A DNA stretch of 64,000 bases, from positions 85,870,001 to 85,934,000 of the forward strand of contig OZ024742.1 in assembly GCA_964016885.1 (NCBI GenBank). Direction: 5' to 3'. Below the pieces are notes generated by a model. It ran no database searches. It had not been told where the DNA came from and saw only the letters and a program-made list of their open reading frames with translations. Source of the stretch: Eledone cirrhosa. Lineage: Eukaryota. Shown here one piece after another: positions 27,246-41,140 of this stretch. A program made the translations under genes and the position numbers. How positions within the stretch are numbered: position 1 is the first letter of the stretch; each line of letters begins with the position of its first letter.

Positions 27246-30221
27246 GGAACAATTTAAACCACAACAGCAGAGCTCAGGTCGTTTTGACGGCTATTTCTGG
27301 ACTAAATTAGGGGTGGGGTGGCTGAACTTGCCTGTATAACACTTTACATTCGGATGTTCACGCAAAATATCGACATGTGTGCGAAAAGACTGAGATAGAG
27401 AACATTTTTCTACGAGAGATACCGCGACAACCAGGACTTCGACACCAAGGAGAGATTCAGATTCAATACCTACAAATCACCTCCACCGAACCATATGCTC
27501 TCACCCTTCGAGAACGATCTTTTCTACCTCTACCTGTTCAAGGGTATACAATTCAAACCCAGACACAACAGATTCCTACAACAACTCCGTAGTAAAATAA
27601 CGGAGTATGAAAGCACGAACGACATCATGTGCGTCCGGACACAACTAGAAACTTATATTTCGACAACCCTGACAGATACCACACACTCATCAGAAGCAAC
27701 CTGAATTCCACCTACAAAAAGGCTAACCCTTTAATAATCGATGACATAAATCTAGATGGACCTCGAATTACCCCAACCTCGGAGTCACTGACCACACTTA
27801 AATTCTCGTCCCACGGACTACGTACTTCAACCTGAAGGACCACAAATCCGACTTCGACCGCAAACCATCCATCACGCTTATAAACCCGATGAAGTCGGAC
27901 ATAGGGAGAATCAGTAAAAAGATCCTAGACCGTGTTATACCAAAAGTTAAGCAACACGTGAGACTTAGCCTTTGGGTCAGCACGTCATCTTATGATTCAG
28001 GAATATTGAGGACAAACAGGACACCAAATTCATCCAGTTCGACATAAAAAGTTACTACGCCTCTATTACCTTACCGCTCCTTATGGCCGCTTTGGACTTT
28101 GCCAAAACACTCACACCCATCATTGACGAGGAAAAAACATCATTCTCCACGCCAGGAAGACAGTCCTCCTTTTCGACAACTCCAAGTGGATAAACAAAGC
28201 TCCCGACTCCCGCTTCGATGTCAGTATGGGTGCGACCCACTCGGCCGAGGTGACCGACCTTATAGGATTATTCCTACTATATAAACTAACTGAAATGCTT
28301 CCTGCATTCGGCGGTGGTTTGTACCGAGACGATGTGCTTTTTACGCTACAACCCCAGTAGTATAGACCGGGCACTTAAACAACTAATCAATTTCCTCCCG
28401 ACCGGGGATTTAAAATCACCCTACAAACGTCCCTAACCCGGAGTCAATTTCCTGGACGTTACTCTCAACCTCGAAAATGATCTGTACTACACATACAGGA
28501 ATCCAAACGACAACCTGTATTACATCCACCGCCGCACTAACCATCCTAGAAACATCACCAATAACCTGGTTAAAGACATCTCCCTTCGAATATCTAGTTT
28601 GTCCACTAATGAGCATGCGCCTCATTACAACCAGGCCCCAAAGCGAAGCGGCTTTCGGGAGGAAATCTTCCTTTTATCCAGCTTCCCTTATCGGAACCAG
28701 CAGGCGACGCCGCCGCTCACGGCACGTAACGTGGTTCAACCCTCCCCACAATACCAAGGTGGCAACACCAATAGGGAAATTCTTCTTTAGGCTCCTCGAA
28801 AAACACTTCCCACCACAACATAATCAACAAAAAGACTATCAAACTCTCTTACAGCACCACAGCCAACAACTTCTCACAAAACATCGCCTCCTCAAACAAC
28901 AAGAAACTCAACCCCTATGGAAGAAACAAACTAGACATTAGTGGAGAGCCAACCAGGAGGTGAAACTGCCCTGATAGATATGCGTACCCCCTCAACAACC
29001 GATGCTGAGAACGTAACGTGATTACCAAGGCAACGTGAGGACGGAAATCTCCAACAAAGCCTATATAGGATTAACCGCTTTTGACTTTAAGACCCGGCTC
29101 TACCAGCACCAACATACGTTCCGAAACGCGGCCCGGCGACATGCCACTACACTCTCGGGCCACATCTGGGACCTCCAGTATAATAACATAGCATACCATC
29201 TTACTTGGAGCTTACTGTCCAGGGCTAACTCCTACAAGGGAGGACGGCGTCTGTGTAACTTATGCTCTGAGGAAACATTACAAATGCTGTTTACGAAGGA
29301 CGAACTCCGAAACAAAAATGACGAACTTGTAACTGCATGTAAACACCGATTGCGTAAGATTTACCTCGCCGTCAAACCCCCTCATGACACGGGTGGGTAG
29401 ACATTGGCTGCAACATCCTTCTTTTCCCCACTTGCCGAACAAGATAGGGGAAACCGCAGCTAACATAGGTAGTTGTACTTCTTTTCTTTTCCTTTTGCTT
29501 TTCTTCTTCCCTTTATCCCTTCCTATCATTTCCTTCCACTCCCTCTCCTCTTCCGTTTCCTTTTTCCTCTTTCGCCTACCCCGAGGCAGCCCATCGGACT
29601 TTTGTAGCCTCAGTACCCCCACACCAGTAAGTTATATAAAGCACTGGCCGAAAACGCAATACCAACTAAATATAGCAGCTGCCTTATATTCTATAGATTT
29701 TTTATTACTTTTTACTATTTAATCCTATAATCTTTATATATTTTATTTAGGTATTTATTACCTTTAATCTTAATCTATTAACCTATTCTATCAGGTCCCA
29801 CCCCCTAATTCCTCCAGAATCCTTTGTTGCCTGCTTCCTTACTAGCCACTCCTTAGAATGTGTTGCATAGAATTCACTTTCTAACGCTTGACCGGCACCA
29901 CCAACTCCCTCATTCTTCTACAGGCAATTTGAACCACACCACACCCACCCACTGCCATGAAAGATTTAATTGTGTTTACAAGAAAGTTTGACCCATCCGT
30001 TTGACAACTACAATCTTCTCAAATAAGGAATTACCCCTTGGAAAGTTCGGCTATTTATTTACCACGCTAAAAATTCTAAGTTAGTCCAGAAATAGCCGTC
30101 AAAACGGCCTGAGCTCTGCCGTCGGGGTTAAACTGTTTCCTATTACCCACTCTATTACACTAAGTATTGAGTACTACTCTGGTGCGTTATGGTCCATCTG
30201 GTTCTTTACCGCACCACTTCG
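27246..30221 (+). mobile_element. Penelope-like element (Naiad-like), decayed, with a short 5' inverted repeat
   Basis: RT IQFDIKSYY, GGLYRDD, WFNPP and GIY-YIG YIGLTAFDFKTRLYQH...CNLCSEE...CKH. 27246-27306 is inverted relative to 30081-30140. (TA)n on both flanks. Confidence 0.88.
27377..29400 (+). pseudogene. PLE RT + GIY-YIG ORF, heavily frameshifted
   Basis: Motifs as above, distributed across three frames. Confidence 0.85.
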
Positions 30222-30235
30222 TTATATATATATAA

Positions 30236-30296
<61 letters not shown>

Positions 30297-30302
30297 TATA
30301 TG

Positions 30303-30544
30303 AAAGTCTAAAGTCTGTCTTAAGCCAATCATTTGGCCAGTGCTTATCGCGGTTTCCAGGGAGAGAAGCCACTGAGAATGCAAGACACCCAGCTGAAAAG
30401 GTCACCAGTCCATCGCGGGAGTAAACCCCCAGCTATTGCTGGTACTCATTTTCAGCTGAGTATACACCAGATATGTGAAATTGGGTGTTTTGCTCAAGGA
30501 CCCACGCCATTACGAACGTAAGTCCAACACCCTTACCACTAGGC

Positions 30545-30556
<12 letters not shown>
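30303..30556 (-). mobile_element. tRNA-derived SINE with a conserved-type central domain
   Basis: Minus-strand head GGAGGCATGTAGCCTAGTGGTAAGG (A-box-like), then GTCCTTGAGCAAAACAC, ACTCAGCTGAAAATGAGTACC, GCGATGGACTGG and a short-repeat tail. Confidence 0.65.
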
Positions 30557-31114
<558 letters not shown>

Positions 31115-31504
31115 ATTATATAAGTTGATAAAACAATAGTAAGTCATCCCCATATTCATTTACAGCTCCAACCTTCTTATGTGCGGATTTGTGGGCCGTT
31201 ATATGCATGTGTGCACCGATATATATCTATGCGTATACATATGTCCATACATCTGCGTTTATATGAAAATGCATGTGTGTGTGCTTATATGATTAGATGT
31301 GTGTGTATACAGGCAAGTGCGTGGTTAGATATATGACCGTTTAGGAATGTATAGATGCACCTATATATATATACGTGTATCTACGGACGTTTCATATGCG
31401 TGTATATATGTTTATGTTCTGGAGCGAGAGACTCATGGTCATTGTCAAGGCTACTCCTTAGGAGAAGGTCACTCTGAAATGGAACCTATGACTTCGTTTT
31501 ACAT

Positions 31505-31566
31505 CCATTTAGTCCAGAATTAGCCGTCGAAACGGCTTGAGCTCAGCTGTCGGGGTCTTACTGGTT

Positions 31567-31570
<4 letters not shown>
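31505..31570 (+). repeat. Solo fragment of the pLTR terminus of the 27246-30221 PLE family
   Basis: TTAGTCCAGAATTAGCCGTCGAAACGGCTTGAGCTCAGCTGTCGGGGT matches 30081-30128. Followed by (TA)n. Confidence 0.75.
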
Positions 31571-31603
<33 letters not shown>

Positions 31604-31617
31604 ATATATATAAATAC

Positions 31618-31683
<66 letters not shown>

Positions 31684-31705
31684 GGAGAGATAGATATATA
31701 GATAG

Positions 31706-34700
31706 TTAGATATATTTCTTTATTTACCATAAAGGCATAAAAAGAAGGGACACATACAAAGGGGCAGTTTACATAATACCGAGTAAAAAGGGTATAAAAT
31801 GAAAATAATCGAGAACAACCTCAAAAGGGAGGGGACGTGATGGGGGTTGCACACATCCCCGAAAAAGTGTGCAATCCTTTGCCCGGGGAACACATTGAGA
31901 AGGTGCTCCCCTCTCCTTCACTTCTTTACCTACAGGATGGTATACAGAGAAGGCCCATTTACACGAGCCATTCTCGCCACTATCACACACCTTTCATAAA
32001 ATAGCTTGTGGCCAAGCACCTCTCTCTCCATTCTTATCCTTCTTCCGAAGTGATAACGGAAGAAGTAGACAAGACTATGGCCAGAGAGGAAGTTGCCTGA
32101 CCTCAGACCTTTCAATCGTGTCCACCAAACAACCTCTTTCAGCATGGCTATTACGCACAGAAAAAAACGCCTTTGCTTACTTTGTGAAGAGGGGAGGCGG
32201 CTTGATTGTCATCACGGACTCGGCGGTCAATCGAATAGGCGCAAGCCGCAACAGCAGTCGTTCGGCGTAGCCCCACAGATCAGCCACGCCCGGGCATTGC
32301 ACAAATGCGTGCGCAACGGTTTCTTCGTGACGCACGCATCTAGGGAAAATCTTTTTCGAGGGATCCCTGCCCGCGCGCCCGTGTCTGTAGAGCTTTTCTC
32401 GAACGGGTAGAGCCACCCGGTAGCACTGCCAGGCTAGTGACTTCTGGAAGTTGTCCATTGGTCCCAGGCCGAAAGTCCTACCAAACAGCCTGGCCAGCTC
32501 GTCCTTTTCCATGTCCAGCGACTCTCCAAGGGTGTCATCGCCCCTGCTAGACACCAGCCTTCTATAGAATGACGAGGTGGATTCTCCACCGATGGCCGGG
32601 TCCGCTTGCCAGAGAGCCCTGAGCGCCTGGGCACACTCAGTGTGCCAGTCTCCCAGTTTTCCGGATCTTTGCTTGACCCAGGACTGCAGCTCGGTGAGCG
32701 AGACGAGTCTCGGAAAGGCTCGTTTCTTGAACGGAGTCCACACCGATTGACCAGTGAGGAATACATGTAGGTGCCGTAGCCTTAATGCGTCCCTACGCAT
32801 CATCAACCACGGCATCCCTCAGCCCTCCTCTCGAAGGTTGTTGGCAGCAGATGGATCTTCTCACCATAGGAGGGCGCTTCTTCCAGAGAAATTGAAAGAG
32901 CATGCGTTCCATGGTGGTGAGTGTTTCCTTAGGGCAAGGCACGACAGTCAGGCGGTAGTAACTGACGAACGCTATGTAAATGTTCGCCACCTCCTCCCGA
33001 CCTTTTAAGGACAGCTTACACTTGGCCCATTTCTGGGTTAGTGCAAACACCTTGTTCGTAACCTCGCCCCAGTTCTTTTCCACCTGGAGGTCCGGTCCAA
33101 ACCAGACCCCAAGCAACTTCACCGGGTCCTCCGTCCAGTTTCCAACGACACCGTCGGGAGTCATCTGTCTACCTCTCCACGTTCCGAGTTGAAGCCCGAT
33201 GGATTTTTCCCGGTTCAGTTTCGCTCCTGACAACCTTTCGTATTCCTCCAGTAAGGTGCCGATCGCCTCGATCTCCGAGTCGGTCGATACCATTACTGTT
33301 ACGTCATCGGCGTAGGCCGACACCGCTTTGCTCAATACTGGTTCCAGGGGGATAACCTGCAACAACTCCAACTTCCTCAGTAAAGGCTCGAGAGTCAATA
33401 CGTACGGAAGGGAGGAGAGGGGGCACCCCTGTCGAATGGATCGTGTGATTTCGAACGGCTTCGAAAGGTAGCCGTTCACCTTGATCCTAGAACAGATGTG
33501 GTTGCTATGTAAGGCAGTGAACCAGCCTCTGAAAACAGGACGGAACCCAGCCGCCGCTAGCACCGCATCCAGGTAACCATGGTCGACCCTATCGAACGCC
33601 TTAGACTGATCCAAGCCGGGTTTGTTTCCAACACTCTCTATGATGTATCGCATGAGGTGGAGGTTGTCGTGAATGGACCTGGATGGGATAGCACATGTCT
33701 GCGCATCTCCCACCAGGCCACTCACGACAAGCGCCAACCTCTTTGCTAACACCTTGGTCAAAATATTTAACTCTGTGTTTAGCAGGGTTATGGGCCGAAA
33801 CTTATTTATACTATCCCCCTTGTTCTCGTTCTTCCTAAGCAGCGAGGCTACGCCCTTGGCTACAGAACAAGGAATTCTCCCGTTCTGCTGCCAATTGCAG
33901 TAGACTGCTTCGAGGAGTTCGGAGAAGAAGACCGGCATTGCTAAATAAAGTTCGTAAGGTATACCATCGAGACCTGGAAATTTGCATCTGCTGCATTAGC
34001 TCAGCGCTTCCACGATCTCATCAGCCGAGATTGGTCCCTCGCAGGACTCTGCCTCTTCGCTCGAGAGACGCGGCAGGCCGTCGAGGTATGGACCGAAATT
34101 CCCGTCCCCGCCCGGACCCTCGCCTCCCCCGAACAATCGGGCAAAGTGTCTTTGAAAGGCCTCGCACATCTGCTTAGGCTCCCGGATTACCCGTCCATCC
34201 TCGTCTTGCAAAGAGCGGTTGGTGGATCGATTTCCACTCTTAGCTTCTGTCACGCGGGCCCAGCCAACGGCTTTGGCCCCCTCATTACCTAGAGCACGTA
34301 TTTTACTTCGAATGACGCAGCCTTCGTGCTTTGCATCGAAAAACTGGCTCAAGGCCGTCCTCGATGCCAACACTCTGGCCACATCTTCGCTCTTGATTGC
34401 CTCTTCTAATTTACCTGTTAATTCTTTCCTCGTTCATATTCCTATCGGCAGCTAACATCTTGCTATAACTTATTGATTCTGTTCTAATCTCTCTTTTGAG
34501 AGATGCCCACCATCGTTGTTGACGATTGCACCTGTCAACCTCTCCTTAACTAATATGCTAATCCGGTTTCTGTAAGTCTCTTTTGCCGGTAAAGACAAAT
34601 TACGTTTCCAGTAACCGGGACCCTGTCTATGTGTTTTCTCGAGATTGACTATGCAGGTCACTAATGTGTGATCTGTATAGCCAACCGTGAGCATTTCTGG

Positions 34701-36140
34701 ACAGCTTAATATGTCCCTATCCTTACTTCTAACTAAGAATCTATCTAAGTACAATCTAGATTGACCACTGTGGTTCATCCAAGTCCAGGTTGGCACAGTT
34801 GTAAAATCTAGTCGATATCTATCGACCAAGTTAAAACGGTCGAGTAACCCCTTGAGGCTGTTACACCCCCTCTATTAGAACATGCTCCTGCATAGTCCCA
34901 ACGTGCATCTAGGATGTCATTCCAATCCCCCACTAGAAGCAGGGAACGCGACGTTCCCAGAAAAGTCTCCAGACGCTGGAAGAAGACGGGTCGTTCAGCT
35001 CCGAAAGGGGAGTAGACGGCAACCAGTCTCAAGGCCGCACCGTCACTACTGCCAACGTCTAGCACCAACAAACGACCTTCCGTGTCCGAGTGAACAACCT
35101 GTACGGCGAGACCCACCCAGGTGTTTTCCAGCAGTACGACAACCCCAACCCCACCTCCAGATTGACAGAGAGATGCATGCACCTCAAAGTCATCGAAGGT
35201 AGGGGCCAGCTGCCGCACGACGCTGATCCGAGTCTCACAGATAACCATTACATTTATACCACGTGACCTGAGGTCATTTAGAAGCTTTGCTTTCTTCCAA
35301 GTTGAGCCCAGGCCACACGCATTCAAACATCCTACTCTTAACACATCCATGTGGGCGGCAAAGCCAAAGGAGAGTGTAGAGACCTACCTTTCTGCTTCCC
35401 GGGGTTCGGGTCGCACGACTTCCATGGGGTCGGAGGTGTTGGGTGAAGGGGTGTCTTGTGGTGGTGTGGGGTCGTCAGTGTGTGGTGGGGTTGGGGTGTT
35501 TGGAGTTGTGTTGGGGAGGGGAAGGGGAGGGGGATAGCTTTTTAGGAGGACCCGGTTTATGGGTTTGACAGAGAGTGGTCCTACGTCCTCCTTAAAATCC
35601 TTTTTTAGTTTTTGGTAGATGTTCATTGGGATCTTTATTAATTTTAAATGTGGGTAGTTTTCTGAAGAAACAAAGTTTACCCCTTCCTTTTGTACCGAAG
35701 TGTTATTGTTCATGAGTTCATTTAAGTTATTATTGTTTCTGTTGGTGTAAGTATAGTGTAATGTCTTTGTTTCGGATGGTGTGAGTGTTTCGAAGAGGGG
35801 AGGGGCAGGTTTGGTTTTGTTTGTTGCTGGAGGGGAGTTTTGTGTTTTGTTGGATTGTGTTGACATTTGGGTAGGGTTTGTTTGGACTTGTGTGTTTTGC
35901 ACATGTTTTCTCTTTTTTCTTTTAATCTGTCTGAAGGACTCCGTTTCTTCCTCCAAATTCGTTGGGTTATCTTCAGTGTTGCAGGGAAGAGGTATGTTTG
36001 CTGGTAATGTTTCCGTGTTGGTTTTCTTTGTGGGGGCGATGGATGTCACTATGTTAGACTGTGTTGTGTGTTGTGGCTGCGGTGGTTGTGTTGTTTTATT
36101 GAGTGAGGGGTTGGGTGGGACTGTGTTTTGTTTTTCTTTC
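31706..36140 (-). mobile_element. L1/Tx1-clade LINE copy 2, 5'-truncated within ORF1
   Basis: ORF1 C-terminus 35384-36049, then ORF2 from 35350. AATAAA on the minus strand near 31720, followed by TA/TC microsatellite. Confidence 0.9.
31900..35350 (-). pseudogene. Tx1/L1 ORF2 (APE + RT + C-terminal Cys/His motif), frameshifted
   Basis: MDVLRVGCLNACGL, VGDWN, YLDRFLV, GYTDH, FRPITLLNT, DQSKAFDRV, IRQGCPLS, AYADD, PRC..HEETVAHAFVQC. Confidence 0.92.
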
Positions 36141-36258
36141 TTTCTCTTCCTAGCCTTTTCATACCCGCCCCCTCCTCATTTTTTCCCAATCTTATATATC
36201 CATCTTAGTTTATTTTTCATATGTTGATTTAAAACTTCACTGCTCACAAGTGTCTCCC

Positions 36259-36328
36259 TATTTTATCTGATGAGAACGCAGATATCATCCCATGATGATA
36301 TTTGTTTTTGAAATGCGCATAATAAAAA
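36259..36328 (+). ncRNA. Type I minimal hammerhead ribozyme (5' pLTR)
   Basis: TTTTAT-CTGATGA-stem II (GCAGATATCATC/GATGATATTTGT)-GAAA-TGCGCA palindrome-TA-ATAAAA. Confidence 0.85.
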
Positions 36329-36529
36329 AAACTTGGAACTCTTTTAACCATCTTTTGATCTTATATTATTTATACTCCAGTCCTACAAACACTAAAGTGC
36401 TACTTATCCGATATTTGCATTCCTTTATTGTGCTACAATAACACTCACTTCCCACATTAACTTGCTCCTTAACTGTTTGACCGCTAACCCTCATATCGGA
36501 TACCTTTGAAGGTCTCTAATTTTTCTTCT

Positions 36530-38864
36530 ACAACATAACAACTTCAACTAAAGACATTCCTATACCTAGTAAATCTGAACTTCCGATTGAAAAAACTTAC
36601 TCTTTTGTGAGAAGGCTTAGATGGATCGTTTTTTCCATGACCAGCGCCAAAAAGGAAATTTCTATACTAAGGACATAACTTTTTTGATCATTTATTTAAC
36701 TCTAGAAGAATACCTCCTTCCAACAAAAATCTAGTGCAGTTTGAGGAAGATTTAACTAATATTATAAGAATTCTTAAATTCAAGAGAAACCCTTACAGAG
36801 GACAGGAGCACCTTATAAATCTCAGGAATACGATGTTAAACCTTAATTCCTCTAAAAATGTCTTAGTCCACTCCGCCAAAACTAATACTTTATATGGCGT
36901 ATCTAAGGATAAGTATAATAACCTTATCCTTAAGGAACTAAGGAAGAATTATCGTAAAACTAACCATGACAATTTGAAATCTATAAACTTGGAACCTTCT
37001 AAAATCATCACTAAACTAGGCATTGAGAAAAAAACAGAACCATTCCTTCCAAGAACTCCGATGATAAATCTGAAGGATCATAAAAGTAACTTTCGAACGG
37101 AACTGCCTGTTAGAATAATCGCCCCCTCTAAATCAGATCTGCGGGTTGTTAGTAAAGCCATCTTGGATAGAATTATCCCACAGGTTCGTTCTAATTGCTC
37201 TATTTCTAACTTAAATGTATGGATTGGTACATCTGAGGTAATTGGCTGGTTCAATAACCTGATTAAGAAAAACAAAAAAAAAGTTATTCAATTTGATATT
37301 GCCAGCTACTATTCTTCTATTTCGCCTTCACTCCTCAACAACGCCCTATATTTCGCATTTAAATATTCTGACATTACCACAGATGAACTTTACATCATTC
37401 TCACCACAAGAAAAACTATCTTGGAATTCAACAATGAATATGTTGATATGACAATGGGTGCTTCCCCTTCATCGCAATTGACTGATTTGATTGGTATTTT
37501 TATTTCGAATTCTTTCAATCGGAAAATTCCTCAACTTCGCGGTGTAATTTATCGTGATGATGGCCTTTTTACTATCTTAAACTGCAACATAGTTAACCTT
37601 AATATTATTAAGAACAATATACGTGATCTCTTTAAGCACCATAACCTTAAAATTGAATTTGATAACAACGTCAAACTAGTTAACTTCTTGGATATATCCC
37701 TTAATCTAGACACTGGCCTATATGACCCTTACCATAAAAACAATGAAAATCTAAATAATGTTAATTTTAAATCTAACCACCCCACTAATATTAAAAATGC
37801 TATAGTCAGTAATATTGAAAAAGAATCTCTAATAAAATATCTTCGACGCTAATGCCAATTACTATAAAAATGCACTTTCTAAAGCCGGTTATCCTGATGA
37901 AATTAAATACAGTAAGGAAACCAATCATCGAAGGTCTTATAGTAAAATAGTTAATTATGAAGATTCCAATAACTTAAATAAAAGACCTAGATACAAACAT
38001 ATAATTTGGTATAATGCTCCTTTTTCTCTATCTATTAATAATAATATTCCTAAACTATTCTTTAGGGTCTTAGATAAATGCTTCCCTCCCTCACATATCT
38101 ACATTAAAATCCTTAACAAAGATACAAATGAATTTTCTTATTTCACCACTTCCAACATCTCTAACATTATCTCTAAACACAACAATAAAATATTAAATAA
38201 CAAATTACATCCTTCCAACACTGAGCGCCATAATAATAGTAGTAGTATACCCGATGTCATTGTTAACTCTGGGCTACATTCTGTAAATTTAAATACGATG
38301 TCAAACGTAAATTCGTTGAATGTTCATAATACCAATCTATATCAGGAAACTATTGTTCCTATCGTAAATAACTTCTCCAATCCAATTCCTTCTATAAATA
38401 ATACTAGGTCACTTGTTAATATCTCTAATCGTAATTGTAATTGCCCTATTAGAACTAAATGTCCTCTTAATAACCAATGTCTTGATAAAAACTTAGTCTA
38501 TGAATGTAAGTTTATAACTGATACTAATTCTTTTATCTATTTCGGTTCCACTTCCACTTCCTTCAAAGCTAGATATTATAATCACAAATCGTCTTTTAAA
38601 TACCAACTTAAAATAACTAACACGGCACTCTTGGAACTCATATGGTCCTTAAAAAACAAAACTATTAACTATAAGATCTCTTGGAGGAAGGTTTGCTCCG
38701 CCTTTCCTTACCTGAATTCTTCCCTATCCAAAACATGTAATCTCTGCCTAGCCGAGAAATTTACCATTATATCTAATTTCAATTCTATAATAAATAGACG
38801 CACAGATTTATTTTCGCTCTGCTTGCATAAATTCCATATAACATTCCATAAAGTATACAGCTAA
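36530..38864 (+). pseudogene. PLE RT + GIY-YIG ORF, a few frameshifts
   Basis: N-terminal STKDIPIPS...FVRRLRW. RT IQFDIASYYSSI, MTMGA, IYRDDG, SNHP. Linker CNCPIRTKCPLNNQC. Endonuclease YFGST..FKARYYNH, CNLCLAE, CLH. Confidence 0.9.
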
Positions 38865-39160
38865 TATCTCAATACCTTATTAATTTAAAATCCTCTTTTC
38901 TCAAAGATACAAATATACCCATCTTTCTACCTTATTTCAGTATTATATATTATATAATACAATTTACTTATTCTATGTCGTTATGATCACCTATCTTTCT
39001 TCTTTATCATTTTCCTTTCTTCCTTTTTTCTTTTTTAATTTCTAATGTCTAATCTGTACTTTTTCTTCCCAATTACTTCTCAATTCATATTATTACTCAC
39101 AACAAAATTATCCATTTTCCATCGTTCCTCATATTATTGGCCATTAAAACTATATTTTTT

Positions 39161-39530
39161 TAATATATTATTATATTACCATTAGAAGATTATCGTAAAC
39201 ATATATACTTTTTGACGTTAGATATTCTCTTTTTTTCCACACATTTTTCTTCTTTATTCTCTTCTTCCATGCTCGTTTTAAACCTATTTACTTTTACTTT
39301 TACATATTACAATACATAAAAACAAACTTAAACACTAACTAATTCCTATTTTAATATATTATAATATTACCATTAGAACATTTTGGTAAACTTATATAAT
39401 TTTTGACGTTAGATCATTTTCTTCCTTAAACTTTATTTTTCTCCTCTCCGGTGTTCGTTTTAAACCTACTATTTAAGTTTACATATTACAAATCATAAAA
39501 ACAAACTTATACCCTAACTTATTCCTCTAA
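39161..39530 (+). repeat. Two diverged ~191-bp tandem units in the PLE 3' UTR
   Basis: TAATATATT...ATTACCATTAGAA...TTTTTGACGTTAGAT occurs at 39161 and 39352. Confidence 0.75.
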
Positions 39531-40037
39531 GTTCATAACTCATTTATTATTTTCCTTCTTTCACATTATATCCTTAATATCATTAATATTTTAATTTTAA
39601 TAATTCATATTAATAAATTCTTTTTTTCGCACATATTATTAAAACCTTCAATATACAAACCTTAATTTAATACTATTCTTAATTTAATACTATTCATTTT
39701 TCTTCATGCATTAAACCTCATTAACATTTATTTCAAAATCTTTTAAATTATCTATTATCTTCCAACGGATTTTTAATTTCTCTCTGTGAGACAATGTTTT
39801 CTCAGTTGTAAAGGCTATTTCTCTCTCTCTATCACCCATTTCTCCTCCTCTCTCATCATTCCTTCTTATACCCCACCCCCACCATCCTTTATTTTTCTTT
39901 CTTCCTCTTCCTTACCTTTTCCTACTCCCCCCTCATTTTTTTCCCAATCTCATATATCCATCTTAGTTTATTTTTCATATGTTGATTTAAAACTTCACTG
40001 CTCACAAGTTTTTTTTAAGCTTCATACTATGTCTCCC

Positions 40038-40108
40038 TATTTTATCTGATGACAACGCAGATATCATACGATGATGATATTTGTTTTTGAAATAGGCATA
40101 ATAAAATA
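40038..40108 (+). ncRNA. Type I minimal hammerhead ribozyme (3' pLTR)
   Basis: TATTTTAT-CTGATGA-stem II-GAAA-TAGGCA-TA-ATAAAATA. Stem I is 8 bp; the stem III palindrome is mutated. Confidence 0.8.
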
Positions 40109-40136
40109 CTTGGAACTTTTTTAACCATCTTTTGAT

Positions 40137-40177
<41 letters not shown>

Positions 40178-40249
40178 CGCAATGTTAATTCATCGTGATA
40201 TTTCGCTCCTTATAACAGTCTTTCCACTATTTCTGTTTGGTTGAGCACA

Positions 40250-40730
40250 CTCCTCTGAGTGGTTTTGGGCTGCCCTTTCTAGCAGCTCGTCCTCCAGGCA
40301 CCACTGGTTCACTGCCCCAAACACGATGTGTCTTCTCTCTCCTATGTGTAGCCGGATAGTCGCTTTCAATTCTCTTAGAGTTGTCTGAAGTGTAGCCTTA
40401 CACACGCTGATGAACCATGGGCTATTTCATTTCTATCAACAACTTATTGGCGAAACAAATCTCTTTGGATTTGTACGTGTGTGTTATATTGTTATAGAGG
40501 TATTTATAGACACTTTAATTTATATTTTTAATTATCGTGTGTCTACCCTGCCTTTCATAGGTTATAGATGCCATAAACTGCTGGTTTTTCCATGTTTGAT
40601 TGATGGCGCAATATTTATCTCTAGTGTGTTACCTTTTCAAAATATTGTATTTTTAAAGAGCTCAGGATTCTTTCTCCTTTGAGCACATTATTGACAGCGA
40701 ATAGCCAGAGTCTATGGCTCCGTTAATTTA
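40250..40730 (-). pseudogene. Very degenerate RTE-type LINE 3' fragment
   Basis: Minus-strand LWLFAVNNVLKG / ES*AL / GNT / AINQTWK resembles IRLFIAVVESVLLYGPETWTL...GCYTRMLRMALNI of 62746-63228. Confidence 0.4.
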
Positions 40731-40779
40731 TCGTATATATATATATATGAATTAAAAATAGAGTAAGAAGCCAGGACTA

Positions 40780-41140
40780 TACGTCATCAGTGATTGTCTG
40801 GCCATCATAGGTATTTCTTCGCATTACAGATCATATGCCTCAGTCCAGCGCAACCAATAACTAAATAAAGTTATTGGGATAAAAAGAATAGGGTGGATAA
40901 AAAGAGACATGTTAACAAACAATAATGCTAAGGCAACGTAAAGGGTTAAAATCAAATCAGTGATACGAGTGAACATAAGATCTGGCGAATCATTGACAAG
41001 AAAGACGAAAGACGCATTCGAGCCATGCGAAATGTGAGCGAGAAAATAATTTCACACAAGTCAGACGGTTTGGAGTGAGAGAGGGTGAGTAGCTGAGAGT
41101 GAGTGAGTGAACATGTGAGGAAGAGGCTAGCCGAGAGAGG
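40780..41140. repeat. Diverged dispersed repeat, copy 1 (copy 2 at about 55500-55860)
   Basis: Shared colinear blocks TCATCAGTGATT, GGTATTTC, CTAAATAAAGYTATTGGGA and GAGAGTGAGTGAGTG...GAGGAAGAGGCYAG. Confidence 0.6.

Larger units (their letters stand above)
36140..40141 (+). mobile_element. Near full-length Penelope-like element (Naiad-like) with direct pLTRs
   Basis: Direct repeats at about 36140-36363 and 39900-40141, each with a hammerhead. The RT/GIY-YIG ORF lies between them. (TA)n at the 3' end. Confidence 0.9.

Noticed and set aside
29957-29992. SECIS-like ATGA..AA..TGA hairpin
   Set aside because: Only 7 nt between ATGA and AA (canonical is about 11-12) and no helix I.
40780-40870. 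CTGATGA on the minus strand here and at about 55503
   Set aside because: No correctly placed GAAA and stems, so a hammerhead cannot be folded.
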